From positions 27,422 through 91,421 of the forward strand of contig CAYYLM010000004.1 in assembly GCA_964472625.1 (NCBI GenBank): a DNA stretch of 64,000 bases, given 5' to 3'. Source of the DNA: an uncultured Dehalococcoidales bacterium. Its GTDB lineage: Bacteria > Chloroflexota > Dehalococcoidia > Dehalococcoidales > UBA5760. Below the pieces are notes generated by a model. That model saw only the letters and a list, made by a program, of their open reading frames with translations, was not told the DNA's origin and did no database searches. Positions 50,911 to 60,416 of the stretch are shown here, piece by piece; position 1 is the stretch's first letter, and every line of letters begins with the position of its first letter. The position numbers were made by a program, and so were the translations under genes.

Positions 50911-51096
50911 ATTAGATCTCGACCATTAGGAACTATTACCAACATTAACGACCGGGGGACGACAATTTATGTAACAGTCATGGTACCACCTGATTTTGTA
51001 TGCCTAGTGAATCGTAATACCTTTAGGGCTCTGGGACTCGGGGTGGGAAACCGTGTTTACATAGCCTTTGACCCCTCGTCAATTCACGTTTTTTGA
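50911..51096 (+). pseudogene. TOBE (Mop-like, molybdate/tungstate-binding fold) domain ORF without a canonical start
   Basis: The frame is open from 50830 to the stop at 51094-51096. It encodes IRSRPLGTITNINDRGTTIYVTVMVPPDFVCLVNRNTFRALGLGVGNRVYIAFDPSSIHVF, which follows the TOBE pattern (SARN-like start, LGL..G..V.A..K-like end). The only in-frame ATG (50980) would give a 38-aa fragment. Confidence 0.4.
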
Positions 51097-51225
51097 TTCA
51101 CCTGCACTAAAGCCTACCGCAGACTCGGACAGATGGACATCTCCGACACAATCCGTCATCTAGTTGAATGTGCAAGGCGGTGCAGTAGCAGTTGGGTGGG
51201 GAAATATCTAGATAGCGGCAAGGTA

Positions 51226-51254
51226 TTGACACGGGCATCTGCAAGGAGTATAAG
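51226..51254 (+). promoter_or_regulatory. Near-consensus sigma-70 promoter with a long downstream leader
   Basis: TTGACA - 17 nt - TATAAG. The next credible start codon is the cupin ATG at 51578, about 315 nt downstream. Confidence 0.5.
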
Positions 51255-51514
51255 TGTATGAAACGAACGGTAATAAAGGAGGTGAGGCTATAGTAACAGC
51301 CACAACGGAGCGCTACAATAACTGATCGTGAGGTGCTCCTGCAGGGGAAGAGACTTCAAAGAAGGCAGCGACATAAGCTTACGAACAAGATTATCCTAAC
51401 CGTAAAGCGCATATAAGTTTATTTGTTTTTATTTTTGTGGAGCGTTAAGTGGATGATCCTTAAGGATAAAATGGTCGATAAAGAATAGAGTATCTAAAAA
51501 GCGATAACCTAGGG

Positions 51515-51982
51515 GTGCCGGTGTCTAAGAACTTCCGGCATTCAGAGGCTAGACTTAACACCCAGAGGAGGAGAATTATGAAATCGGAGGGCAAGAGGTT
51601 CGTCGAACCGGAGGAGGTTGAGACCCAGTTATTCGATTGGGGAATAGTAAAGTGGCTCAGTGCGCCAAATGTAACCAATGCTAAACAGTTCAGCTTGGGG
51701 ATAGTCTTTCTCCAGCCTGGCAAAGCACATGCGAAACACAATCACCCCGGCGTCGAGGAAATACTCTATGTTATCTCAGGTGAAGGAGAACAGATGGTGG
51801 CAGGTGAAAGACGGCAAGTCAAAACTGGGGACTTGATACACATTCCTCCTGACATCTATCATGAAATGATAAACACTGGTTGGGAGCCGATGAAACTCAT
51901 TGCCGTCTATGCTCCGCCAGGTCCGGAAGCTGAATACGTTAAATCTGGGGAATGTAAAATAATTCCTCCACAAAAGGGCTAG
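51515..51982 (+). CDS. Cupin-domain protein
   Basis: Cupin motifs G.AHAKHNHPGVEEILYVISGEG and GDLIHIPPDIYHEMINTG. The likely true start is ATG 51578 (MKSEGKRF...), preceded by GAGGAGGAG. Confidence 0.8.
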   Translation: MPVSKNFRHSEARLNTQRRRIMKSEGKRFVEPEEVETQLFDWGIVKWLSAPNVTNAKQFSLGIVFLQPGKAHAKHNHPGVEEILYVISGEGEQMVAGERRQVKTGDLIHIPPDIYHEMINTGWEPMKLIAVYAPPGPEAEYVKSGECKIIPPQKG

Positions 51983-52183
51983 AATACCTAGAAATACAGT
52001 GACCTGCCCCCAATAGTGGAGTTATTAAGCTAGAGCTAGCAACGTGATAGCCTCAGGAGCCGGCGGCCGGTAACCCAGTGAGCTGTGCCGATCGCATCTG
52101 GTTACATTCCTTTTGCCATGCTTCTATCAAAATACCTTAGCCTGAGTTAAAGTCGTAAATACCTCTTTGGGCTCTTCTTTAGG

Positions 52184-52522
52184 TCATTCTCTTTTTTGCT
52201 TACGCGCTTGGTGACTCCTAAACCAAACCAGTATAGCCGCCAATAATGCAACCCCGGTAGTGAAAAAAGCTACCTTTTGGTTTGTAGAGGCAGGGAGTCC
52301 CAATGATATTAAGACGACGCCCGCAGCTATTCCTATGCCAAACCAGAACCTTCGATACCAACGACTTCTATATATTAATGGGATTTCGTTGTCCTTCTCG
52401 CATTCTAGCCCAGCATCACTACCTTCAATAGTACCTTCTTCTTTTCTCAATTCTACACCGCATTTGCGGCAGAATTTGTCTTGCTCATCAACTTCTATTT
52501 CACACCGAGGGCAGAAAGGCAT
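52184..52522 (-). CDS. Zinc-ribbon membrane protein
   Basis: 112 aa. N-terminal CPRC ... CRKCG zinc ribbon, then two hydrophobic helices and a basic tail. Confidence 0.65.
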   Translation of the reverse strand: MPFCPRCEIEVDEQDKFCRKCGVELRKEEGTIEGSDAGLECEKDNEIPLIYRSRWYRRFWFGIGIAAGVVLISLGLPASTNQKVAFFTTGVALLAAILVWFRSHQARKQKRE

Positions 52523-52697
52523 TATCTATGCTCCAACCAAGTTAATCTTGAGTCAACTTATACTCTGATATTGATACCATTGTCAACACTTAAGTTCACG
52601 GGGTTACTAATGTTGGGCAAATAAAACTGCAGTTGATGGGTCAGTCCATACCCTGGTGCTAGGCCATTTTCAGAAGCAACCATTCCTATTTGGGGTA

Positions 52698-52726
52698 TTG
52701 ACCGAGCCACCAAACATGAGTAAACT
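52698..52726 (+). promoter_or_regulatory. Sigma-70-like promoter for the gene at 52764
   Basis: TTGACC - 17 nt - TAAACT, about 40 nt upstream of the ATG. Confidence 0.4.
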
Positions 52727-52763
52727 TCGCTTAGAGAAAATGAGAGGATGGCAGGGTCGCTAG

Positions 52764-53321
52764 ATGGGTTTCTTTGACAAAGCGAAGGAGACATTTCGGG
52801 AAAAGACTAGAGACAAGGTATGCACCGCTCTAAAAAGCATAGGAGTGGACGCTAAACTGGCCGAGAATGGACGCGCTGAGGAAAATATAAGATGTGGTTT
52901 CGGTATCCACTCGCTGGGAATAATTGACATAGGTGAAGGTCCTATACATTGGGTCAACATACGCATTGACGTCAATGGAACTAATTGGATCGATTATGGA
53001 GTCCCAGACCCAAGGCTGAGCCAAAGTGAACACAAAGTTCTAATTCAAGCACACTTTCGAAAGACTCTGTTTGGTCTGGGTAGGGTCGTCGATTTGGTCT
53101 GGCGGGGCGAGGACTCTAGTTTGGGCATTATTCATCGTCTCAATAATGATGTGCCACTGAAGAACACACTAATGAAGACAAGTGTATACGATTTCACAAT
53201 TATCAATTATAATAATCCCAGTTGCTGGATAATTTCAGCGGCTTACTCGATTCCTCCTACTAAAGAGTTATGGAATTGCTACCAATCGATAGCTGAGCAT
53301 CTGCTCTCTGAGTGGGTGTAG
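52764..53321 (+). CDS. Hypothetical protein
   Basis: 185-aa ORF with its own promoter-like element. No family recognised. Confidence 0.5.
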   Translation: MGFFDKAKETFREKTRDKVCTALKSIGVDAKLAENGRAEENIRCGFGIHSLGIIDIGEGPIHWVNIRIDVNGTNWIDYGVPDPRLSQSEHKVLIQAHFRKTLFGLGRVVDLVWRGEDSSLGIIHRLNNDVPLKNTLMKTSVYDFTIINYNNPSCWIISAAYSIPPTKELWNCYQSIAEHLLSEWV

Positions 53322-53527
53322 GCACTAAATATTTGCAGCTGCGGGGGGATGAGTGACCACAACTGGAACTGTGTTCTAGAATAAGGTACCTTTTCACAGG
53401 GGACAATTCATGTATAGTATTATAGAGAAAAGCCGTGGACACTCTTACTTGAGCTTCATTGTAGCCGCTGAGATCTGGGGGAGTTTGTCCTACTAGAAAA
53501 GACTCTATAACGTATTGGTGTTATAAC

Positions 53528-55030
53528 ATGGGAAATATAGTGGGTGAGTCACACAAAATGTTCGTAATACGGAAGTTAATGGCAACGGGGCTGATTTTGG
53601 CATTCGCCCTGGTGCTGAATGGCATGGTTTTCATAGCGCAACCAGCATCAGCCGCGGTTGGCGTTCTGTTCGATACAGGACACCAATTGGATGCCTCTGA
53701 TATTTCCGGGTACAGCAGTATGATTGCCGACCTCACTTCACGAGGCTTCCAATTCACTGAAGACAACGACGGTGATATTACAGAAGAGGATTTGAGTGGC
53801 AATCATATTCTAGTAATAGTGGAGCCAGACAAGGCGCTATCTACCTCGGAGATAAACAACATTCAGAGTTTTATCGCCACGGGACATAGCTTATTAATTA
53901 TGTCGGATGAACTGGACGAAAGTGGTAGAGTCGCGGTTAATACTCTCCTCAGCCCCTATAATATCCAACAATCAACTAGACTAGAAGGAATGGGCGTCAA
54001 TACTGACATCGCTAGCCACGCGGTAACCAATGGTGTATCACGATATAACCATGAATCAGAGGGTGTCGAATTTGATATAGCCGGTTCTCCGGCGTTGTCT
54101 TTAATAATGGACGGGGATGGTGGTACATTAGTTGCTGCCTGGGAGGCAGGCGCTCGAGTTGTAGTTATATCTGACGAGAACTCTTTTCGACGAACCCGCT
54201 ACAACACCCCCGATAATAACATACTCATTCGGAACATTTTTGATTGGCTGTCCGGTGTTGAACCTCCGGTGGCTAACTTCTCCGCTCAGCCAAGAACAGG
54301 AGAAGGCTTGTTAAATGTCCAATTCAGCGATAGGTCTACCGGCAGCATTACCTCTTGGCTATGGTACTTTGGTGATGGTACCACTAGTGATGAACAGAAC
54401 CCTACCCATGAATATGAAAATGTCGGAAGCTATAGTATCAGACTTCATGTTATTGGCCCGGATGGGGCAGATACTGAGATAAAACAGGACTATATTAATG
54501 TGGTTGACGTGTCAGGAACAGTAGCTGAAATTGAAGCGGCTGAGTTTGCGACATCTAACATTGACATAGCACCAACCCAGGTTCTGCCCGACCAGGTGGT
54601 AAGTATCTCCGTAAATGTTATTAATAGTGGTGGTGCCAGAGGAGACTATCAGGTCGTTCTCAATATAAATGGGCACCCAGAGGACAGCCAGTTAATAAGC
54701 CTATCTCCCGAGTCTTCCCGTAGAGTTGTATTTAACGTAACCAAGACAACCCCAGGCACTTATGAGGTCTCGATCGGAACACATAAAGGTCAGTTTACCG
54801 TGGTGGAAGGTGCACCCAGTGCACCAGCTACCAATCTACCCGGTAGCCCATCAAACGAAGATAGACTGGGGACGCCAGCGATTATTGGCATTATTCTTGG
54901 TAGCGTAGGTGCCGCCATAGCTGCCATCATGGTCACCCGACGTCGGCGCCGCCCAGATTATATAAAAGACCTAGAAGAAAAGTATCAAAAGGTTTTAGAC
55001 GACTTGGAGAAGATAAAGAAATCGTTATAG
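53528..55030 (+). CDS. Membrane-anchored surface protein: DUF4350-like domain, PKD domain, CARDB-like domain, C-terminal TM anchor
   Basis: 500 aa with a signal/anchor helix at the N-terminus. PKD signature (FSDRSTGSITSWLWYFGDGTTSDEQNPTHEY). CARDB-like beta domain (VVSISVNVINSGGARGDYQVVLNING). C-terminal TM followed by RRRRRP. Confidence 0.75.
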   Translation: MGNIVGESHKMFVIRKLMATGLILAFALVLNGMVFIAQPASAAVGVLFDTGHQLDASDISGYSSMIADLTSRGFQFTEDNDGDITEEDLSGNHILVIVEPDKALSTSEINNIQSFIATGHSLLIMSDELDESGRVAVNTLLSPYNIQQSTRLEGMGVNTDIASHAVTNGVSRYNHESEGVEFDIAGSPALSLIMDGDGGTLVAAWEAGARVVVISDENSFRRTRYNTPDNNILIRNIFDWLSGVEPPVANFSAQPRTGEGLLNVQFSDRSTGSITSWLWYFGDGTTSDEQNPTHEYENVGSYSIRLHVIGPDGADTEIKQDYINVVDVSGTVAEIEAAEFATSNIDIAPTQVLPDQVVSISVNVINSGGARGDYQVVLNINGHPEDSQLISLSPESSRRVVFNVTKTTPGTYEVSIGTHKGQFTVVEGAPSAPATNLPGSPSNEDRLGTPAIIGIILGSVGAAIAAIMVTRRRRRPDYIKDLEEKYQKVLDDLEKIKKSL

Positions 55031-55184
55031 ATAACTGATCGGATTCACTTCCCCGGGCTGGAGCCCCTACTATTTGGCACTGCCCGCCTCAAGACACTCA
55101 TGACCCTCACTGTTAGCCTCCGCTTGAGAAGCCTTATAATGGCTAGCTCATCATCAGTAATCAGTATTGTGGCCCGTTTGCCAG

Positions 55185-55580
55185 TCATTTTTCCGCCCGT
55201 CTCAAAGTCTCCCCGACGATGGTTTTCAGCTCATCAGGAGTGAACGGTTTAGCCAGGACCGGTCGGCCGCTCTCCTCCAGAAAATTCCTGGTCGTGCTAT
55301 CGATCACGTCTCCGGTAGCGAATATTACCCTATCTACCAGTTGAGGATACTGGCTCTTTATAAACTGATAAAACTCCTTACCGCCCATTACCGGCATCTT
55401 GATATCCAGAATTACCAGGGTGTAGTCCCTTTCCCCCAGCATCTCCTGGGCCACCTCTCCATTGATGGCCGTATCAACCTCAAACCCATCTCCGGTAAGA
55501 ATCCGGTGACAAACCTGGCTAATGGCCGGTTCGTCTTCAACAACCAAGATTCTCTTTGCCCCGCCAGCTGAGTTTTGCAT
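55185..55580 (-). CDS. Stand-alone receiver domain protein (intact paralog of 45473-45820)
   Basis: 131 aa. ILVVEDEP ... LVILDIKMP ... KPFTPDELKTIVGETLRRAEK. Confidence 0.9.
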   Translation of the reverse strand: MQNSAGGAKRILVVEDEPAISQVCHRILTGDGFEVDTAINGEVAQEMLGERDYTLVILDIKMPVMGGKEFYQFIKSQYPQLVDRVIFATGDVIDSTTRNFLEESGRPVLAKPFTPDELKTIVGETLRRAEK

Positions 55581-55611
55581 TTTAGCTCTCCTTCCCTATC
55601 AGTATCAGTGC

Positions 55612-57318
55612 TCACTGGATAGGTAATTCCACGGTAAAGGTAGCCCCTTTGCCCAATTCGCTTCTGGCATATATTTTGCCGCCGTGTTCCGTAATTATCC
55701 CGTGACAGATGCTTAAGCCCAAGCCGGTTCCTTTACCTACCTCCTTGGTAGTAAAGAAGGGATCGAAAAGGTGCCCCAGGTCTTCTTCAGGAATCCCGGG
55801 GCCATCATCAGTGAAGAAAGCCTTAACCACATTACCTACCTTTTCTGTAGTAATCGTCAGAGTACCCTTGCTATGCGCCTCAACCATAAAATGCTCGGCA
55901 TTGATAACGATGTTGAGGAAGACCTGTTGCAGCTGAAAATAGTCCGCCATGACTTCGGGGAGGTCAGCCGTAAACCGGGTCTTGACCCGAATGTCACTTA
56001 CCCTTTGCTCATAAGCACGTAGTTCCAGAACCTTCCCAATAATATTATTTATGTTCACCAGCTCCTTTACCTGAGCGTGCTTTCGAGCGAAGGTGAGCAG
56101 ATTTTTCACCACCCCGGCGGCACGCTGAGCCTCACTGGAGACAATTCTTATGTCTTCCTTAATATCTTCGGGAATATCCTTACCCAGGAGGAGCTGAGAA
56201 AAGCCGATAACACTGGTCAGCGGATTATTTAGCTCATGGGCAATGCCTGAAGCCAGCTCACCCACAGAAGCCAGCCGGTCAGTAATAATAAGCTGCTGTT
56301 CCATCTGCTTGCGCTTGGTAATATCCCTGATATAGACGACGTTAGCCGCTTTGCCCCAGTATCTGGTGTAACCACTGGTAAGTTCAATAGGAACCTCGGT
56401 TCCGTCCTTTCTAATGATGGATAACTCATAAAGTCCGGGGACAAGTTCACCCTGCATCTTTCGGCGATGTCGCTCCATACTTTCGGCTACATCACGGGAG
56501 TGAACCAGGTCAAAAAACGACATGGCGCGCAGTTCCCCACTGGAGTAGCCGGTAATGTAACACCACTGGTCGCTGACAAAGGTATGAACCCCTTCTACCT
56601 GCTCAGTGTCTTGCAACATGATGACCGCCGCCCCAAACTGACCACGTAGCTTTACCAGAGCGCGATATCTTTCCTCTGACTCCCTCAATGCCCTTTCGGC
56701 CCTCTTGCGCTCAGCAATTTCCCGCTGCAGTTCCTCATTGGCAGCCTGAAGCTCATCGTTCTGAGCCTCGAGTTGCTCTGTCCCTTCTTGAAGCTCCCGC
56801 TCCATTCGCTTGCGTTCGGTGATGTCCTCGAAAATGGAATCAAAGTGTAGGATCTTACCGGCATCGTCTCTCACGGCAATAAGTGTGTCCAGCACCGCTA
56901 TCTCACTGCCATCATTCTTCCGCCAGTGAAGTTCCCGGGTTACCGTCCCTTTAGCTGAGGCCAACTCTTCCATGAGAGCCTGCCTCTCTTCACAATGGAC
57001 GTAGAGCTCTTCTATATCCATCGCCAGCAGCTCATCCCTGGAATATCCAGTAATCTCCTCAAAGGCCGGATTTACTTCCAGGATTTTCCCCGGAGGCCCC
57101 AGCGTCGACCTGAGGATGCCCAGTTGCACGTTGTTTACCAGGCTTCGGTACCTTTCTTCAGAGGTCCGCAAAGCCTTCTCCAGCCGTGTCCGCTTAAGTT
57201 CCAATTTCTCAAGTTCAGCCACGCGCTGGCGCAGTGTCTCTAACTCACTAACAAGCTGCTCTCTACCTTCGACAACGCCTTTCATGCCCACACCCACCAT
57301 CAAGCCTATTATTGCCAC
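55612..57318 (-). CDS. Soluble PAS-PAS histidine kinase, mosaic paralog of the 1536-aa kinase
   Basis: 568 aa. Coiled-coil N-terminus, two PAS modules, H-box [11 protein letters not shown] and an HATPase domain. Long runs are identical to parts of 45817-50427. The start (GTG 57318) is uncertain. Confidence 0.9.
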   Translation of the reverse strand: MAIIGLMVGVGMKGVVEGREQLVSELETLRQRVAELEKLELKRTRLEKALRTSEERYRSLVNNVQLGILRSTLGPPGKILEVNPAFEEITGYSRDELLAMDIEELYVHCEERQALMEELASAKGTVTRELHWRKNDGSEIAVLDTLIAVRDDAGKILHFDSIFEDITERKRMERELQEGTEQLEAQNDELQAANEELQREIAERKRAERALRESEERYRALVKLRGQFGAAVIMLQDTEQVEGVHTFVSDQWCYITGYSSGELRAMSFFDLVHSRDVAESMERHRRKMQGELVPGLYELSIIRKDGTEVPIELTSGYTRYWGKAANVVYIRDITKRKQMEQQLIITDRLASVGELASGIAHELNNPLTSVIGFSQLLLGKDIPEDIKEDIRIVSSEAQRAAGVVKNLLTFARKHAQVKELVNINNIIGKVLELRAYEQRVSDIRVKTRFTADLPEVMADYFQLQQVFLNIVINAEHFMVEAHSKGTLTITTEKVGNVVKAFFTDDGPGIPEEDLGHLFDPFFTTKEVGKGTGLGLSICHGIITEHGGKIYARSELGKGATFTVELPIQ

Positions 57319-57606
57319 GTGGCTTGATTGTAGCGTAAATAATGACTTTTGTCAATAGAACGGCTTAGCAATTTGGGGAGGAGATGATGCCAATCGGGTC
57401 CCTACGAGTAATTCTACCCCAGCAAAGCAGTTGACTAACTCTGCCTAGGTTTCTAGAGTAATGGGGAAAATCACCCAACCGAGATTATCCACCGCCAGTA
57501 GCTAATAATTGAATCGCTTTCAAAACTTCTCTCCTTAACGCAGATATGATATTATTGGTGGCGAGCCTGTAAGTACCCCAATGTTGTCAGTTAGGTAAGC
57601 ACCACA

Positions 57607-58350
57607 ATGATTAAGCGCCATCGGAGATTCATCATACTGGCGGCTATCTTTGTAGCCAGTTCCGCCCTGATATATTTCGTTCACTACCGCATTTTCGGGA
57701 ACCCCTACCACATATTTATCTACATGATTGGCGATCTAGCTTTCCTACCCCTGGAAGTATTCATCGTCGTTATCGTGATCGAGCGTATCCTTACTTATCG
57801 GGAGAAGCAGGCTTTGCTAAGCAAGCTCAACATGGTGGTGGGCGCTTTTTTCAGCGAAGTGGGAAACAATCTTATAACCGATCTCATCTGCTCAATGGAG
57901 AACCGCGACGAGACCTTCCAGTGTCTTGACATAGGGCAGGATTGGACGGCGAGAGATTTTAAAAAGGCAAAAGCCTGTGCCCGTAACATCAGGGTTAATG
58001 CTGACTGCAGCGGCCTTGACCTAGCGGCACTAAGAACCTTCCTCATCCAGAAACGAGAGTTTCTCCTCAGGCTGCTGGAAAATCCTAACCTACTGGAGCA
58101 CGAACGCTTCACCGACCTAATGTGGGCAGTCTTTCACCTCGTCGAGGAGCTTGAGGCAAGACCATCGGTACAGAACCTCCCCGAGAGTGACCTAGCGCAC
58201 CTTGCCGGCGATATCCAGCGGGTATACGGTCCGCTGGTTAGCGAATGGATACGCTATCTAGAACACCTAAAATCAAAATATCCCTATCTCTTCTCACTGG
58301 TTCTACGCACCCACCCCTTCCAGCCCCACCCGTCACCAGTGGTAACCTGA
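57607..58350 (+). CDS. Hypothetical membrane protein (two N-terminal TM helices plus a helical cytoplasmic domain)
   Basis: 247-aa ORF. No family recognised. Confidence 0.55.
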   Translation: MIKRHRRFIILAAIFVASSALIYFVHYRIFGNPYHIFIYMIGDLAFLPLEVFIVVIVIERILTYREKQALLSKLNMVVGAFFSEVGNNLITDLICSMENRDETFQCLDIGQDWTARDFKKAKACARNIRVNADCSGLDLAALRTFLIQKREFLLRLLENPNLLEHERFTDLMWAVFHLVEELEARPSVQNLPESDLAHLAGDIQRVYGPLVSEWIRYLEHLKSKYPYLFSLVLRTHPFQPHPSPVVT

Positions 58351-58603
58351 AGCCCACTTCCCAGCCACAAAACCAAGGGGAAATTTAGCCCTCTTTCTGG
58401 CGAGTCTCTCTGGTCAGCAGGGTACCGATAAAGCCCGTGTTGCTCCATTCTAGCAAGAGCTCATCGCAAGGTCTACGTTACGACGCTACCCTTTCCTTGA
58501 TTTTGTCACCGATTAGCTTTAATATTTTACCGTGGGCGTCAAGCTGAAGCTAATTGCGTTTCTCCGCCGTTAAGAGTGATAGAAAGGAGGGCCAGAGCCA
58601 GGT

Positions 58604-59632
58604 ATGCTCCAGCAGGCAGTTATCCTGGTCGGTGGTGAGGGAACCCGGCTCCGGCCGCTTAGCTACCATATGCCCAAGTCTATGATGCCAGTACTGAACC
58701 GGCCCTTCCTGGAGCATACCCTCGCCTACCTCAAGAATTACGGGGTTAGCGATGTCATTTTGACCCTAAGCTATCTTCCCGAAGTCATTCAGGACTACCT
58801 AGGCAACGGCAGTAACCTGGGAATTCGCCTCAGCTATGCGGTGGAAGACAGTCCTCTCGGCACTGCCGGCGCGGTAAAGAATACCGAACCACGCTTAGCG
58901 GATACCTTTGCCGTCCTCAACGGAGACATCTTCACCGACCTTGACTTGGCTGACCTAGTCACCTTCCACCGGCACAGAGGTGCCCAGGCGACCATAGCCC
59001 TAACCTACGTCGACAACCCCAGTGCCTTCGGGGTGGTGGAGACTGAAAGTGACGGCAGGGTGAGACGCTTTATTGAAAAACCAAGCCCCAACCAGATAAC
59101 CAGCCACTGGATAAATGCCGGTATTTATATCCTCGAGCCGGAAGTTCTAAGGTATGTACCTCAAAATAGTCACTACATGTTTGAGCGGGGGCTTTTCCCC
59201 CGGCTCCTTGAGCTAGATGAACCAGTCTACGGCTATCCCTTCCGTGGCTACTGGCTTGACATGGGCACACCGGAGAAATACCTGCGCCTGAACTGCGACC
59301 TTTTGCGGGCCGAGGCAACCAGCCACCTCTGCCCAGACATAAAACCAGCTACCGTCTCACATGGTGCGGATGTTATTATTCACCCCTCAGCCAAAATAAG
59401 CGGGCCGGCTATCATCGGCAGCCAATGCCGCATAGACCAGAGAGCCCGGATTAAGGGACCAGTGGTTATGGGGGAAGGCTGTCATATCGGCCAGGGAGCC
59501 AGCCTCGAGAGCGCCGTTCTGTGGCCCGGGGTTAGTGTTGAGGCCGGTGCTAGTCTTAAGCAGTGTGTTATCTGCTATAACCAGGAAAACATGGCGCAGA
59601 TTATAAGCTGTAGTCACTCCCAACCATGTTAA
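58604..59632 (+). CDS. NDP-sugar pyrophosphorylase (mannose-1-phosphate guanylyltransferase / glucose-1-phosphate nucleotidyltransferase-like) with a C-terminal left-handed beta-helix
   Basis: 342 aa. N-terminal LVGGEGTRLRPLS signature, GDIFTD, and hexapeptide repeats at the C-terminus. Confidence 0.85.
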   Translation: MLQQAVILVGGEGTRLRPLSYHMPKSMMPVLNRPFLEHTLAYLKNYGVSDVILTLSYLPEVIQDYLGNGSNLGIRLSYAVEDSPLGTAGAVKNTEPRLADTFAVLNGDIFTDLDLADLVTFHRHRGAQATIALTYVDNPSAFGVVETESDGRVRRFIEKPSPNQITSHWINAGIYILEPEVLRYVPQNSHYMFERGLFPRLLELDEPVYGYPFRGYWLDMGTPEKYLRLNCDLLRAEATSHLCPDIKPATVSHGADVIIHPSAKISGPAIIGSQCRIDQRARIKGPVVMGEGCHIGQGASLESAVLWPGVSVEAGASLKQCVICYNQENMAQIISCSHSQPC

Positions 59633-59712
59633 CCTAACTAACCGGATGTTACTAAAAATAAGCCTAACACAAAGGTTACACCTCAAAAGCCAGTGCCTAA
59701 AAGGAGATTTCA

Positions 59713-60378
59713 ATGTCTGAGGAGCTGGGAAAGATTGAAAAGCCCTCGCTTGAAGGGTTCAGAAAAGGGAGGAAGCTATATTTTGTGCCCCTCATCTACT
59801 GCGGGAGAGAATCTCCAGACGAGTATCTTGAGAAATTTAACCGCTACTGGAACCAGGTTGAAGATAAAATGAGCGCCCTGGAACTGAAGCTGGGTCAGGT
59901 GGCTAAGATATACCATGAACTGGTGCCAGCCGGAGGTGAGGAGGGGACTAAAGCCATCAAAGAGATTAATGATAAAAGCTATGAAATTACCAAAAACCGG
60001 CTGGACAAAGGAGCCCAACTTGAATCTGTGGAGGAAGGGGAACTGCTAACCGAACTTATGGACTGGAGTCGGTGTTTAGCCGTCGGACTACAGAGCCAAA
60101 AAGCCTTTGCCACTATTTATCAGTCATATACGGAGATAAGTAAAAAGAGAAATGAACATATTGCCCGCCAGATAGACGAAACGCTTAAGGCAGATGAAAT
60201 TGGCATGCTGTTTATGCGCGAGGGACACCAGGTTCAATTCCCGGAAGACATACAGATATTTTACATTGCCCCACCGGCCTTAGATGAGATTAGGCGCTGG
60301 CTCAGAGATCAAGAAGTTAAACAGCCAAGCGAGCCAGAGGCTGAGGAAGAAAAACAGGAAGAAGCCACGAATAAGTAG
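59713..60378 (+). CDS. Hypothetical protein with an acidic C-terminal tail
   Basis: 221-aa ORF with AAAGGAG Shine-Dalgarno. No family recognised. Confidence 0.55.
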   Translation: MSEELGKIEKPSLEGFRKGRKLYFVPLIYCGRESPDEYLEKFNRYWNQVEDKMSALELKLGQVAKIYHELVPAGGEEGTKAIKEINDKSYEITKNRLDKGAQLESVEEGELLTELMDWSRCLAVGLQSQKAFATIYQSYTEISKKRNEHIARQIDETLKADEIGMLFMREGHQVQFPEDIQIFYIAPPALDEIRRWLRDQEVKQPSEPEAEEEKQEEATNK

Positions 60379-60416
60379 ACTACCACCATCTTTAAGCTCA
60401 CTATTCCATAACCAAA

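Noticed and set aside
52558-53033. Minus-strand ORFs 52558-52794, 52760-52975 and 52830-53033.
   Set aside because: They overlap the promoter and 5' half of the better-supported plus-strand gene 52764-53321 and lack start signals.
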